DNA of 64,000 bases from the NCBI RefSeq assembly GCF_009914755.1, contig NC_060929.1, one strand, 5' to 3'. Source of the DNA: the human T2T-CHM13v2.0 reference genome, Homo sapiens. The translations under genes and the position numbers were made by a program. This document shows, in pieces, positions 12,072 to 29,874 of this stretch. The notes beneath the pieces were generated by a model. The model made no database searches and was not told the DNA's origin. It saw only the letters and a program-made list of their open reading frames with translations. Within the stretch, counting starts at the first letter, position 1. Each line of letters begins with the position of its first letter.

Positions 12072-13937
12072 TAAGTCTGACTTTCAAATCATGCTCATTT
12101 CCCCACAGCATGTTCCAGAAGGCCAGGGCGGTCGGTTCTGCTGCACAAATGAGGTCAGAGCAATCAAGAGAGCCAAGGAAGTCCTACTTATCTGGATTAA
12201 ATAACTCAATCTACAAACTACTCAACTTTAATATAAGGTGGAAAATAGGATTTCAAAAGAAAAGAAGAAGGAGAAGAACAAGGACAAGAAACTGAGTTTT
12301 GGCAGAAGGCAAGTGAGCAATTAAAAATAAATCTTTCATGATTTGTTCCCACAGGCAAAAAATATAATAATATTTTTCAATCCTGCTTAACCCAAAATAA
12401 TCTGAGATATTTAAAGTATTACAACCACTGGTGACAAACCAGGGAGTTTATTATGTTCTTTCACAAGCAGAGACGTCTCAGGAGTCGGGTAGTACATATG
12501 ACAAGGAACCAAGTTACCCACATAACAGTGTGCAGCTTTCTGTCACATATGAAAAGGCTGCTGTGTCTGCACCTCACAGCAGTTGGGAATTCCATTTTAC
12601 ACAAACTAGGCCAGAAAATCTACTCTCCATTCTGGCTGAGAAACCAGGATATTTTTTAATCCTAGTAGGCATTCAGACACAAATGGAGTCAAAGCCAGAG
12701 AGAAATTTGCACACCTTCCAAACCAATACTTCACTACAAATAGGGGTCAGTGTCTTAAGGCACACCAGTAGTTAATAGCAGAATCCCATATTAGAAAGCT
12801 CAACATTTCAGAAACCCAACCAATACTCCAAAATAAATGCATCATTTTATTTGCAAAGTAGGGTATCATTACCTAAAGATAACAGCATCTGCAGAAATAC
12901 TTACTTAGCAACTAAATCACAAGGTCTTCCTTAGAGCTTCCTTTAGGCTAGAAATAGTCCCTGCTTAGCCAGCTGGCCTGAAAAACTAACGACAAACATA
13001 AAAATCAAAAGAATTCCAGAGCTCATCGTAGCCCTCATCTGCTCAAAAGGGTGTCTGTAGCACTTTTTTGAGATTGAGGGTTATAAAGCTAGTGGTAGGG
13101 GGAAATGCCTGGATTTTCTTCCTTTGTGGAATGTTTTTATACCTGGAAATATCTACTGTTCTAGTTAATCAAATGTACAACTTTTTCTTCAACTGTTACT
13201 TAAACTTAAGGTTGAAACTATTGCCAACAGTTGAAACAAGCCAAGGCAGATTTTAGACACTGGACTGTGTCAGCACTGGCCATAACTGCAGTGCATCTAG
13301 GTCCATGAGAACACTGAGTAATGCTTGTTTCCAGGCAGCCAAAGAGATCTTAAAGGAAGATACTTTACTGTTCTGTTTCTAGAAACACATTTTAGAAGCT
13401 CCCATTGCTGCTATCCTAATTTTGTTGTGATTTCCAAATGTATTTTATTTGCAAAGAAAGCAAACACTTCCATATTAATGAAATGCTGATTATAAAGAAA
13501 AATAAGCTTATGTCATATTTTATCCCTTTAATTTACAATGAAGTATATTTTAAATTCACACATGAGCATGTGGAAAGAAAGAGATAATAATTCCACAATG
13601 AATTATCTGTAGAAAATGTTATTTCTAATTTACTTTTGACCTAAACATAAGGGCAGAAAGATTCATAGATGACTATTCTAACAGAGCTTGCTTGAATCAC
13701 TCATATCATTTTATTTTCATTGAGCCCTAGTTATCCAAAAGATACTGTGGTAAGTGCTGAGGAAATAGGAAGAACTATGAGATAAACTCCAGCTTTCTTG
13801 ACATCTGATCTGAGTAAAGTTAATAAACACACAATTAAAATGCAGTGCAGGTCAGTATATAAAAAGTATCCTGCACACCAAGTGCATAGTTCAAGGGACT
13901 TCCTATCAGGAATTATGAGGGAAACTTCTGCCTCAAT

Positions 13938-14528
13938 CAGTAGTCTGCAAACTACAGCCCACAGGCCAAATCTACCTGTCACCTGTTTTTAGATGGCCCA
14001 TGAGCTGAGACTAGTTTTTAACATTTTTAAATTGTTAAACAAAACTGATTGAACAAAACTAAACAGGAGAATAGTATATCATGACACATGAAAAATATTT
14101 AAAACTGAATGTTCAATGTCAGCAAGTAAAGGATTTGTTGTTGTTGTTTATTTGTTTGTTTTAAGAGACATGGTCTCTTTCTGTCACACAGGCTAGAATA
14201 CAGTGGTGTGGGCCTACTTTACTGCAGCCTGTAACTCCTGGGCTCAAGTAATCCTCCCATCTCAGCCTCTTGAGTAGCTGGGACTACAAGCACATGCCCA
14301 GCTAAATTTTTTATTTTGTTGTATGGACAGGATCTGCCTATGCTGACCAGGTTGGTACAAATGAAGTTTTATTGGAACACAGCTACACCCATTCCTTTGT
14401 ATATTATCTATGTCTGCTTTCATGCTACAACAGAGTTGAATGATTACCACAATTACTGTATGGCTCAGAAAGCCTAGAATATTTGTTGTCTGGCCCTTCA
14501 CAGGAAAAAAAAAAAAAGTCAATTCCTG
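13938..14528 (+). mobile_element. MER58B-like hAT-Charlie DNA transposon, split by an Alu
   Basis: cagtagtctgcaaactacagcccacaggccaaatc...aagttttattggaacacagc...tggcccttcacagg. Confidence 0.8.
14134..14356 (-). mobile_element. Partial AluJ-like element
   Basis: Reverse right monomer and part of left monomer with (TTG/TTTG) tail. Confidence 0.85.
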
Positions 14529-15511
14529 GCCTAGAGGATTGAGAGAAGCTTTATGATTGACCTGTATTTTGAAGGAAAGAAGTTTGTACTGGCAAAGTCA
14601 TAAGTGAGGGGTGATTTTGGGGGAAAGGAATGTGCCAGCATAGCACTGGAAAGACACCTGGCTTACTCAGAAGGTAGTGAACACATCAGTGCCACTGGGG
14701 TGAAAAGCTTATGAAGAAACTTAAGATGAATGATGCATACTGAAAAGACAGGTGGGGCTCATCTTGAGGACAGTCTTGAATGCTTGGCTTGAGGATGGGG
14801 AGGAAAGAAGTACTTCCCATGCCCCTACACCACTTCTATTTTCCTGTGGAAAATAAAGACCAAGTAAGCATTTTTTTAAAAAAACTGAAGAGTGACCTAT
14901 TCAAAGGACATTTGATAGAAAAACCTTCCATCAACTAATTTGGCAACAATTGTGTAGAATGGAAGGTTGGTAGGAAGAGAATAATAAAAAGATAAAGGAT
15001 ATTAAAAACAAAGATTTAGTTAGAAGACTCTTAAATTGTTCTATCAGTAAAAAAGCAAGACAAAGAGAGAACTGTGTGGCTGCCTTATGGATATCTGTAC
15101 ACCCAAAGATCTACATAGAGAACACACTTAATGTACAATGGGCAAATAAAGGCACAAATGGATAAAAGGGCAGTAGGAAAGAGGGAAGTGGAGATGAGAA
15201 GGACCGCAGGAAATGGGGAAAGGAAAACATTGATGGATTTTGGCAACTGACTGAGTGAAGAAAACAAAAAATAGATACATGAGTAGATTAAGGTAAGCAA
15301 GGAAACCATGTTTAACATTTAGCTTTACCCATGCAGAATTTTAGGCAACAAAAGGTCATTCACAAGAAACTGTCTAGCAGCAATTGGAAATGTGAGACGC
15401 TAGCTCTGGAGCAAGATCAGTCAAGATAGGGATGAGAAGCACCCATCTATTCTTCAGAGATAAGTCTAACAATCCCAACGTGCTTCTCATGAATAACTGG
15501 CAGGAACTTAC

Positions 15512-15680
15512 TATGCCTAGATTTATTTTAGGATGGGTATGCAACTTTCTAAACCTTCCAGAGTGAGTTATATAGACAGAATTTCTCACTGTGCAGCAGT
15601 TTGCATCGTATATTAAAGATGAACTTATTAACATGACATTCATTGTCCTCAGAGATTCCACAATCACATCACAATTTGCA
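15512..15680 (-). other. Candidate (unverified) exon, 169 nt
   Basis: Minus strand: ~180-nt CT-rich tract, ctttttgttag|TGC...ATA|gtaagt; one frame open but peptide not recognised. Confidence 0.25.
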
Positions 15681-15685
15681 CTAAC

Positions 15686-15869
15686 AAAAAGAGGAAGGGA
15701 AGGAGAGAGGGAGAGAGGGAAAGAAGGAGAGAGAAAGGGAGGGAGGGGGAGAGGGAGGGAGGAAGGGAGGACAGAAGGAAGGAAGAAAGGAAGAAAGGGA
15801 GGGAGGGAGGAAGGGAGGGAGAGAGGGCAGGCGAATGGAAGGGAGGAATGAAGTGAGAGAGAAAGAGAA
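15686..15869. repeat. GA-rich (GGAA/GGGA) low-complexity polypurine tract
   Basis: Almost pure purine run on plus strand. Confidence 0.95.
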
Positions 15870-16625
15870 GCATTAAGGCACCATTCTGTTACTGGCAAAC
15901 AATCGCTTGCTTCTGGAAAATTTTGACACAGACTAAATGAATAGTAGAAAATACTGATTTCATTTTATCCGTTTTCCCTCACCTAGATATTTCTTAAATG
16001 GAGTCTAGAAAATAGGTTTTTCAAAGTGTGCTTATAAATATTATGTATTTATTTGCAAGGCTGCTCTGGAATACTTCCCTGATCATGCCCATTTCCAGCA
16101 ATTATCATTTTAAATTATGTTTTAACAACTAAATGATCCCAGGAGCACAGAAAGGGGCATATAACAATTTCACGGTGTGATACCCTTTCTATGAACTGTA
16201 CTGACGCCAGTGGATTACAATAAATAAGGCAGCTTTTACCTCCAGCAAACTTAACCAAAACCATACACATATATCCACAAAAACCTGTAGGCAGTTCCAC
16301 ATTTTCTTGATGAACACTGGGCTTTCTTGAAATGTATACTTAGCCATGGAGGCTAGAAAGTATCTCTCTCTGTTTTATAAGCATCATTATCAGAACAATG
16401 GTATGCAGGGAATGAAACATATCTCCACTGGGATTTATGTTCACAAAGAATTCAGAAAGCACAGAATCTGCACCTGCTACAAGATAATATTGGGCATGGA
16501 ATTAAAAAATAAAATTTCAACACAAAGCTAAAGATATTTACACTAGTTGGGATATTTACTGTACTGAGTTATGAGAAAATTAAAATTTAACCTCTTATAA
16601 AGGCACCCAAAGTTCAGAATATTAA

Positions 16626-17046
<421 letters not shown>

Positions 17047-17710
17047 CTGCCAATTCTTACTATTAATTCTGCCCACATACACATCTTATACTAAGTTTTC
17101 TACTTTTAATTGAGTTAGAGAATGCCCCAGACTCTACACTCTGGTCGTCCTGTCAGAAGTAACACTGAGACCGTCAAGGATGGGAACAAGACCTCAAATG
17201 CTTTTCTAGGTCTTTATTTGCAGCCTGTTACACATGATATTGACCATCCTTTCCCCAAATAATTAAGATGACTCTTTCCACCTCTACTCTGTAACTGAGG
17301 GCCCTCTTGTCACCTTATGACTGTGGGACAATGAAATGAACAGGAATACTTAAAGCTGCCTACTAAAGCCCATGACCAGTCTGCCATGCTGACTAATTTT
17401 GAGAAAAAAAAATTAAACCTTTGAGAAAAACTAAGGACTTTTTCTTAAGGATTTTATTTATTACACCTGTTCCTCTATGCATCCCTTTTTCTCTTGAACT
17501 AAAATACTCATTTACTACAAGAGGAAAGCGTGAAAGAAACCTTCACATGTTATACCTATTACTCACTTCTCACAAGAACATGAAGGACAACACTGTCCAT
17601 GTAATAGTGAGCAGAGAGGTAGTTAAGAATTTCAAATACCAGAGTGAGTTCCAAGATTTATACTCCACCCCAGCCCACCTTTCTTTATATCAATTACAGA
17701 ACCAAATAGC

Positions 17711-17765
<55 letters not shown>

Positions 17766-17766
17766 T
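17711..17766. repeat. Compound (CT)n(CA)n microsatellite
   Basis: Direct reading. Confidence 0.95.
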
Positions 17767-17992
17767 CCAAACCCCCCAGTAAGTTAAGAACATTCACAGA
17801 TGTACATCACATGCAAATCTATGTAGTAGAAACTGTGACCAGCTCTGTACCTTATTTGGTTTTGTCCCTGCTGGATTCAGCTGCCCCTACCCTAGCACTG
17901 GCATAATTTTGCCATCAATGGAAAGAGTATATTCATATCAATCCCCTATTAGTCAACAGAATAATTAGCTGTCATCAAAAAATAACTCAGTC

Positions 17993-18304
17993 AGCTGGGC
18001 ATGGTGGCTCATGCCTGTAATCCCAGCACTTTGGGAGGCTGAGGAGGGTGGATTGCTTGAGGTCAGGAGTTCAAGATCAGCCTGGCCAACATGGTGAAAC
18101 CCTGTCTCTACTAAAAATACAAAAATTAGCTGGGCGTGGTGGTGCATGCCTGTAATCCCAGCTACTTAGGATGTTGAAGCACGAGAATCGCTTGAACCTG
18201 GGAGGCGGAGGTTTCAGTGAGCTGAGATCGAGATCGTGCCACTGCACTCCAGCGTGGGCGACAGAGCAAGACTCTGTCTCAAAAAAAAAAAAAAAAAAAA
18301 AAAA
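17993..18304 (+). mobile_element. Alu SINE, AluSx-like
   Basis: Full dimer with long poly(A). Confidence 0.95.
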
Positions 18305-18799
18305 GTAACTCTGTTAGTAAAATCTGTAACACTCTCTAATTTAGTAAGTATAGCCTGCAAAGGTAATCCATACTTGCTTTCTTCCCCTGCTTCATTTCCC
18401 ACTCCCCTCTTCTCATATCCTACTGTAACATCATCTGCATAGAATTATCTTTCTAATCCATAATACGCCATACTCTTTCATGATTCTGGGTCTTTGAAAA
18501 TATTATTCTTTTTTTCTCTTCAACTTTTAAGTTCCGGGATAGATGTTCAGGATGTGTAGGTTTGTTACATAGCTAAATGTGTGCCATGATGGTTTGCTGC
18601 AAAGATCAACCCATCACCTAAGTATTAAGCCCAGCATCGATTACTACTCTTCATGATGCTCCCCCTCCCCCTAGCCCCACTCCTGATGGGCCCCAGTGTG
18701 TGTTGTTCCCCCTCATTTGTCCATGTGTTCTCATCGTTCAGCTCCCGCTTATAAGTGAGAACATGCGGTGTTTGGTTTTCTGTTCCTGCATTAATTTGC

Positions 18800-21999
<3,200 letters not shown>

Positions 22000-22252
22000 T
22001 GCTAAAAGAAGCACTAAATATGGAAAGGAAAAACCATTACCAGCCATTACAGAAATACACTGAATTACACAAACCAGTGACACTATGAAGCAACCATATA
22101 AACAAGTCTGCAAAATAACCAGCAAGCATCATGATGACAGGTTCAAATGCACACAGAACAATATAACTTTAAATGTATGTAAATGGACTAAATAAATGCC
22201 CAATTAAAAGACACAGAATGGAAGCTGGATAAACAGTCAAGACCCATATCAA

Positions 22253-23550
<1,298 letters not shown>

Positions 23551-24538
23551 TCTTGTGGACTTATTTACCTTTGATATTTGAGGTTGCTGACCTTTGAATA
23601 AGGTTTTTGTGGGGTATTTTTTATTGATGTTGTTGTCGTTTTCTGTTTGTTTGTTTTTCTTTTAATAGTCAGGCCACTGTTCTGTAGGGCTGCCGTGGTT
23701 TGCTGGGGGATTGCTCCAGACCCTAGTTGCCTCAGTTTTTCCCTTACCTGGAGGTATCACCAGTGAAGTCTGCTAAACAGCAAAGATGGCAGCCTGCTCC
23801 TTCCTCTGGGAACTCCCGTCCCAGAGGGGTAACTGACCCAGCCTGGATGCTCCTGTAGGAGGTTTCTAGAGACCTTTGTTGGGAGTCTCACCCAGTCAGG
23901 AGAAACAGGATCAGGAGCCTGCTTAAAGAAGCAGTCTGGCTGCTTTTTGATAGAGCAGGTGTGCTGCATCAGGGTGACCTCCCTGGACTCTTCAGACCCA
24001 GCAGGCTGGAAAGGCTGAGGTGACTGTACTGCAGAGACATAAGCTTCCCCCCTCCCCCTGGGGGCTCCATCCTAGGGAAAGATTAGAGTTCTGTTTGTAT
24101 AACTCTGGCTGGAGTTGCTGAAATTCCCACAGGGAGGCCCTGCCCCGTGAGGAGGGATGGATTCAGGTCCCACTTAAAGAAGTCTGGCCACGATCTGGCA
24201 TAACAGCTGTGCTATTTTGTGGGGGACTCCTCCTTGTCTGACTACCTGGAATCCCAGGAACCAGCAGGCTAGAACAGCTGAATTGACCTAACTGCAGAAA
24301 TGGTGGCAGCCCCTCCCGCTGGCAACTCGTCCATTTCAGGCAATCTCCAGCCCACTGCATTGTCGAACCTGAATTCCAAGCCAATGGGTCTTAACCTGAG
24401 AGGTGCCACGGAAGTGGGGCCCACAGAAGGATGCCGATTGGCTCCCTGGATTCAGCCTCCTTTCTAGAGGAATGTATGGATGGAACTCCCACCTTGCCAG
24501 AAATCCCCGGGCTAGAGACTGTAAAACTCCTGGGTCTC

Positions 24539-25106
<568 letters not shown>

Positions 25107-25147
25107 TCACGAGGGGATCTCCTGATCTAGGGTTTGTAAAGATCTGT

Positions 25148-25203
25148 AGGAAAGCATGGTTTCCCGGGTGGAGTCAGGAAAGCATGGTTTCCCGGGTGGA
25201 GTC
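25148..25203. repeat. Perfect 28-bp tandem duplication inside L1 5'UTR
   Basis: aggaaagcatggtttcccgggtggagtc x2. Confidence 0.95.
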
Positions 25204-25556
25204 ACGCCATCACTCACTGCTTCCCTTGGCTGGCGGTGAGGGTTTCTTTGCCTGCGTGCCGCTCCCACGTGGACCGTCACCCCACCCTGCTTTTCTCCAT
25301 TTTCTGTGGGTCGAGTTGATTGCCTAGTCAGTGCCAGTGTGAGAACCTGGATATTTCAGTTGAAGACGCCAGATTTACTTGCCGTTTTCATTCTTCTCTG
25401 TGAGAGCCGTGGAACACAGCTGCTTCTTATCATCCGTCTTGGCCCCTCCCCCCAAAATATTAATATTATTCTTTTTCACCTAGCTGCCTTTTCCTTTCTG
25501 AATCAGCTGGCAAACTTCCTAACATCCTTCAAGATCCAGTTTCAAAGTCCCTTTTA

Positions 25557-25850
25557 ACAGTGGCTCAAACCTGTAATTCCAGCACTTTGGAGGCCAAGGT
25601 GAAAGGATCACTTGCACCCAGGAGCTCAAGACCAACCTAGGGAACATAGTGAGACCCTGTCTCTAAAAGCATAAAAATTAGCCAGGCATGGTGGCACGTG
25701 CCTGTAGTCTCAACTACTCAGGAGGCTGAGGCAGGAGGATCATGTGAGCTCAGGGGGTTGAGGCTGCAGTGAGCCATGACCACACCACTGCACTCCAGCC
25801 TGGGCAACAGAGCAAGACCCTGTCTCTAAGTAAATAAATAAATAAAAATA
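25557..25850 (+). mobile_element. Alu SINE, AluJ-like
   Basis: Diverged dimer, (TAAA)n tail. Confidence 0.95.
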
Positions 25851-27449
25851 AACAATAGAATCTCCATCTCTAGAAATTCTCCTTTATTTTGTCTATTGCC
25901 TTCTCCTGTCTGTGCTCTCCTGGAACTTTAGCGATGTCTCTAACACCTATCGTACTACACATAGAATTTATTTATATGTCTGTCTGTCCAGCTAGTCTGT
26001 GAATTCTAGCACCTAGAGCAATACCCAACTTTCAGTAAACAACAGATGTTGACTGGATGGTCTGTGACTGAATGAAGGAAATAGCGTAAGAACCTATGCT
26101 TTTCCTCAAATGCTTTACAGTATTAGTTCAGACTTGTTAGTTTATGCATATCTTTGGTGTAACTGACATAACTGTTCTTCATGAAGTCAAATAAAGCTGA
26201 AAACCTTAATATGTATCTAACAGGGAAAAAATCTATTTGGGGTTACTGGGACTGTAGAATTGTTGAGTTCCTAGGACTGAAGGTCAGAAACCACAAAGAG
26301 GTAGAGGAATGGGAAGGAAGTGACTAAGAAGGGCAGCATACTAACTGGTTAACTGTTATCATCACAGAAACCAACAGTAGCTCTGATTTACATTAAGTTG
26401 CTTCAACTCTAGGAGTAGTCTTGATTTCTTGGCAGATTTTCTTCTTAGATGACAGTGCTTGGCTTTCTGGCCCTTGACATTAGTAAGACCTTCTCCTGCT
26501 GAGTCATTTGTTGCAGTTCTCTCTGGCATCGTTCCTCTATGGATTATGTATTTCCCCTTCCTATTCATTAACATTGTTTTCTTGATAGATTCTGCAGCTA
26601 TTGTCATTACAGTTGTAAGTACCCTTTGCCCTTGGAAATTACATGGTATGGTTAATGAATATTTTGGTTGAAATGTTTTTGTGTTACATTTTCTGATTTA
26701 TTCTTAAAAATTATCTTAAGAATAAGAAATAAGAATAAAGAGTAAAAAATACATTTCTAAGAGCAAGGACCTTTGAAGTGCAGCTATTAATGTTAATAGA
26801 CTTTATATTTACAATAAAGATCTCAACATTTTAAGTGAACAAAATTTACTGAGGGAAAAATAGAGTAATAGAAAAATCTTATTAAGGATGATTCAATAAG
26901 CCTTTCAACCAGCATATTCCTGGCATACCCCTATGTGCAAGAAACAAAGTTAAATAACAAAAATGTCCTAACTTGTACTTCTTCACAATCTACAGGAAAT
27001 ACTCTAATTGTAATGCAAACTAATAAGAGAAAGCATTATAGTCTATGTAATAGGTATGAATCTCACCTTACAAACTTACATGTATAATAAATATATTTAT
27101 TATTTTCTGTATTCATGCTTAATTATTTTTTTGTACCAATCCCCATCTTCCAGACCAGCAGAAAATTGATTCTGGTAATTATTTGGTCTTTCTCTCTCAT
27201 CCTCTTACCTGGGTGATTGGAATGGGAGAGAAAGAAGAGTGTTATTGTTCATTGTTTGCCTGTTTGCAGGACTCCATAGGATCGGGATCTGTGTCCTGCA
27301 GGAGAAACAAGAAGCTCTTAAATGGCTGCAGATGGTTTTCTCAGCCTAAGTTCCCAGTCTACTGGGAACTTAGTGGGTAGAGGGTGCCTGGCCATAGAGA
27401 GGCAGAGTCGTCAAATGTATGCAGCCCTGGTAAGATGACTTTGGCATTG

Positions 27450-27667
27450 CTTGGACTCACATCCTACGCACACCGTATCTGTGTGTGGTCTTGTGCAAAT
27501 TTTTAAAAATTTCCTCAGCTTTAGGTTTGCATCTGTAAAGTGGAGATATGTATATTACCTACCTCACAAAGTTGTGGTGAGGACAAAACGAGCTAATTTA
27601 ATATAAATTGCATAACACAATATTTGGCACATAGCAGTACTCAGGGAGAGTTAGCTGCTATCATTAT
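27450..27667 (+). mobile_element. MIR SINE
   Basis: catctgtaaagtggagata...cctacctcacaaagttgtggtgagga...tggcacatagcagtactca. Confidence 0.8.
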
Positions 27668-28411
27668 CTTGCTGTTGTTGTTGTTACTGGAAACTGATAC
27701 CATCATGCTCAAGGCATTACCAGAAAGAGTATATAGGTCCCCTTTGATCTTGGGATCTCCAGAGTTCTTTCTCTTCCTCCTTTCTCTAGCCAGGGAAATC
27801 TTTGTAATCTAGGACAAAGGCCCTATGTTGTTTACCACTTTCTTCTAGATTCTCCACCTCCAGTTGCATATCATTTTATCTTGATATTTTTTCCTAGGGT
27901 CACATATCAAAATGTCCTCAATAGCATTAGGTTAGTTGTGTTTTCTTTGTTTGTTTGTGTTTGGTGGAGGACCTTCTTCTACAAAAACAATGGCCCAGGG
28001 CCCTCCCCTTGCTTGTTTTGGGGGAGGAAGAAAAAAGGGAAAATACAGAAAGAAAAAACCATTATTTTGTATTTCAAAATGTTATTTAGCCACACTGATG
28101 CAAAGTGGTAAGAGACATTAAAATGAAAAAAAATTAACTCTCTTTGGGGAAAGAGGAAAGAAATCTCTCTGAAGGAAAAGAAAAATTCATTCGTTCTCCA
28201 ATGTTTTATCTGTAGTCTTGCTGAGTGCCTGGTACATTGTAGGCATATAATACATTTTCGTTGGATAAATGAAATAAATTCCTGTAAGAAGAAATAGCAT
28301 GGACAAAATTATGAGCCTTAAAAATATTTAAGTGTTCAGAGAAGTAACAAGTAGATGGAAGCACAGCTTTAAAGGATGAAGGGAGAGAAAGAATGCATGC
28401 AAAAATAATAG

Positions 28412-28703
<292 letters not shown>

Positions 28704-28909
28704 TAGAAATTTTAAATGCTTTAAAACTAACCAGTGTGAACTCAGTGGTCTCCCTAAAATGCTTAAATTTTTCCCATAACAGAAGTATAGATTTAAGCAA
28801 GGGAGTGACAATATCAGTTATAAATAATGGGGATTATGGTACAAGACTAGATGCAAGAGAGAATAGAGAACTAGCAAGTTCTGCAGTGGTCCAGAAAAGA
28901 AGATTGAAT

Positions 28910-29315
28910 TGTTGGATATAATCACCTGCTCCTCTGTAATAGAATTATATATCCACACTCTTGCCACAGCCTTGCAGAGAGGAGGACTAAGTGAACTTCC
29001 CCGCCCCTTCGCACTGGGCTCTGCCATGTCTTCCTTTGACCACAGATGCTAGTGGACATGACTCAGGCATAAGCTTGAAATGTGCTTGTGCCATTGGGCT
29101 AGCACTTTGAGCTCTGGGAGCACTTTTACCTTGGGGAGAACATGCCTCAGTAAGCCACTGCCCTCGAGCCTAGGCCCCAGAATGAGACACATGCTACAGG
29201 CCTGAATCCAAAATGCAGCCTGTAGCTCAGGGACTCAACTCTAGAGTCAAGCCTCACCCAAATGAGACTCATGAGAATGAAAAGATGTTGTTCTAAGGTA
29301 GCCACTGAATTTTAG
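28910..29315 (+). mobile_element. MaLR LTR, MLT1I/J-like
   Basis: ccatgtcttcctttgaccacagatgctagtggacatgac...gcttgaaatgtgcttgtg...gagaacatgcc...gccactgaattt. Confidence 0.65.
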
Positions 29316-29653
29316 TTTCCTATAGGGTACTCTGGATTCCAAAACTTGAGATCTTTAAAACTCAATACCCATCTCTTCACACTGCTGTCTCTGCCCTTGA
29401 CAGTGCTTACAAGACCATTCAAAGTTTTGAGAAAGTTCTACTTTGTTGGGTGGAATCCTTGAGGAAGCCTGTTACTTTGTTCCTAGAAAAAAAATAGAAT
29501 AATACCAACCAATTATTTGAAAGAAAAACCTGAACTCAATGAAATAACTGCTATGCAAATGCTCACAAAATGAAAAGGTAAGGTTTTGTAATATAAATTA
29601 GGGAATTTATCAGAAGAGTTTCCACAGATTGTGTTTAGAAAATGTTTCTTTTC

Positions 29654-29874
29654 ACAAAATGGGTTTCGGTCATACTGTAAACATCAATTACTAAATATTT
29701 GCAGAGTTGTTGTCTAACTCTATGAATTCTTGAGCTGTAAAGCAAAGATGGAAAGAATGGTACAAAATGGGTTTCGGTCATACTGTAAACATCAATTACT
29801 GAATATTTGCAGAGTTGTTGTCTAACTCTATGAATTCTTGAGATGTAAAGCAAAGATGGAAAGAACGGTACAAA
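29654..29874. repeat. 108-bp tandem duplication (2 copies, 3 mismatches)
   Basis: Copies 29654-29761 and 29762-29869, followed by acaaa. Confidence 0.95.

Larger units (their letters stand above)
13690..15050 (-). mobile_element. L2 fragments flanking MER58
   Basis: cattgagccctag...tactgtggtaagtgctgagg at ~13720; gagaagctttatga...gacctgtattttgaagga and cttgaatgcttggct after 14530. Confidence 0.5.

Noticed and set aside
15374-15898. 174-aa minus-strand ORF
   Set aside because: Largely the CT-rich simple repeat (P/S/L/F); the rest resembles no protein I know.
23740-24330. Internal repeated blocks in the L1 5'UTR
   Set aside because: Diverged internal repeats are, as I recall, a normal feature of older L1PA 5'UTRs.
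26435-26620. Hydrophobic ORF with gtaagt donor as a membrane-protein exon
   Set aside because: No recognisable homology, stops in all frames from the nearest good acceptor, and hydrophobicity follows from T-rich composition.
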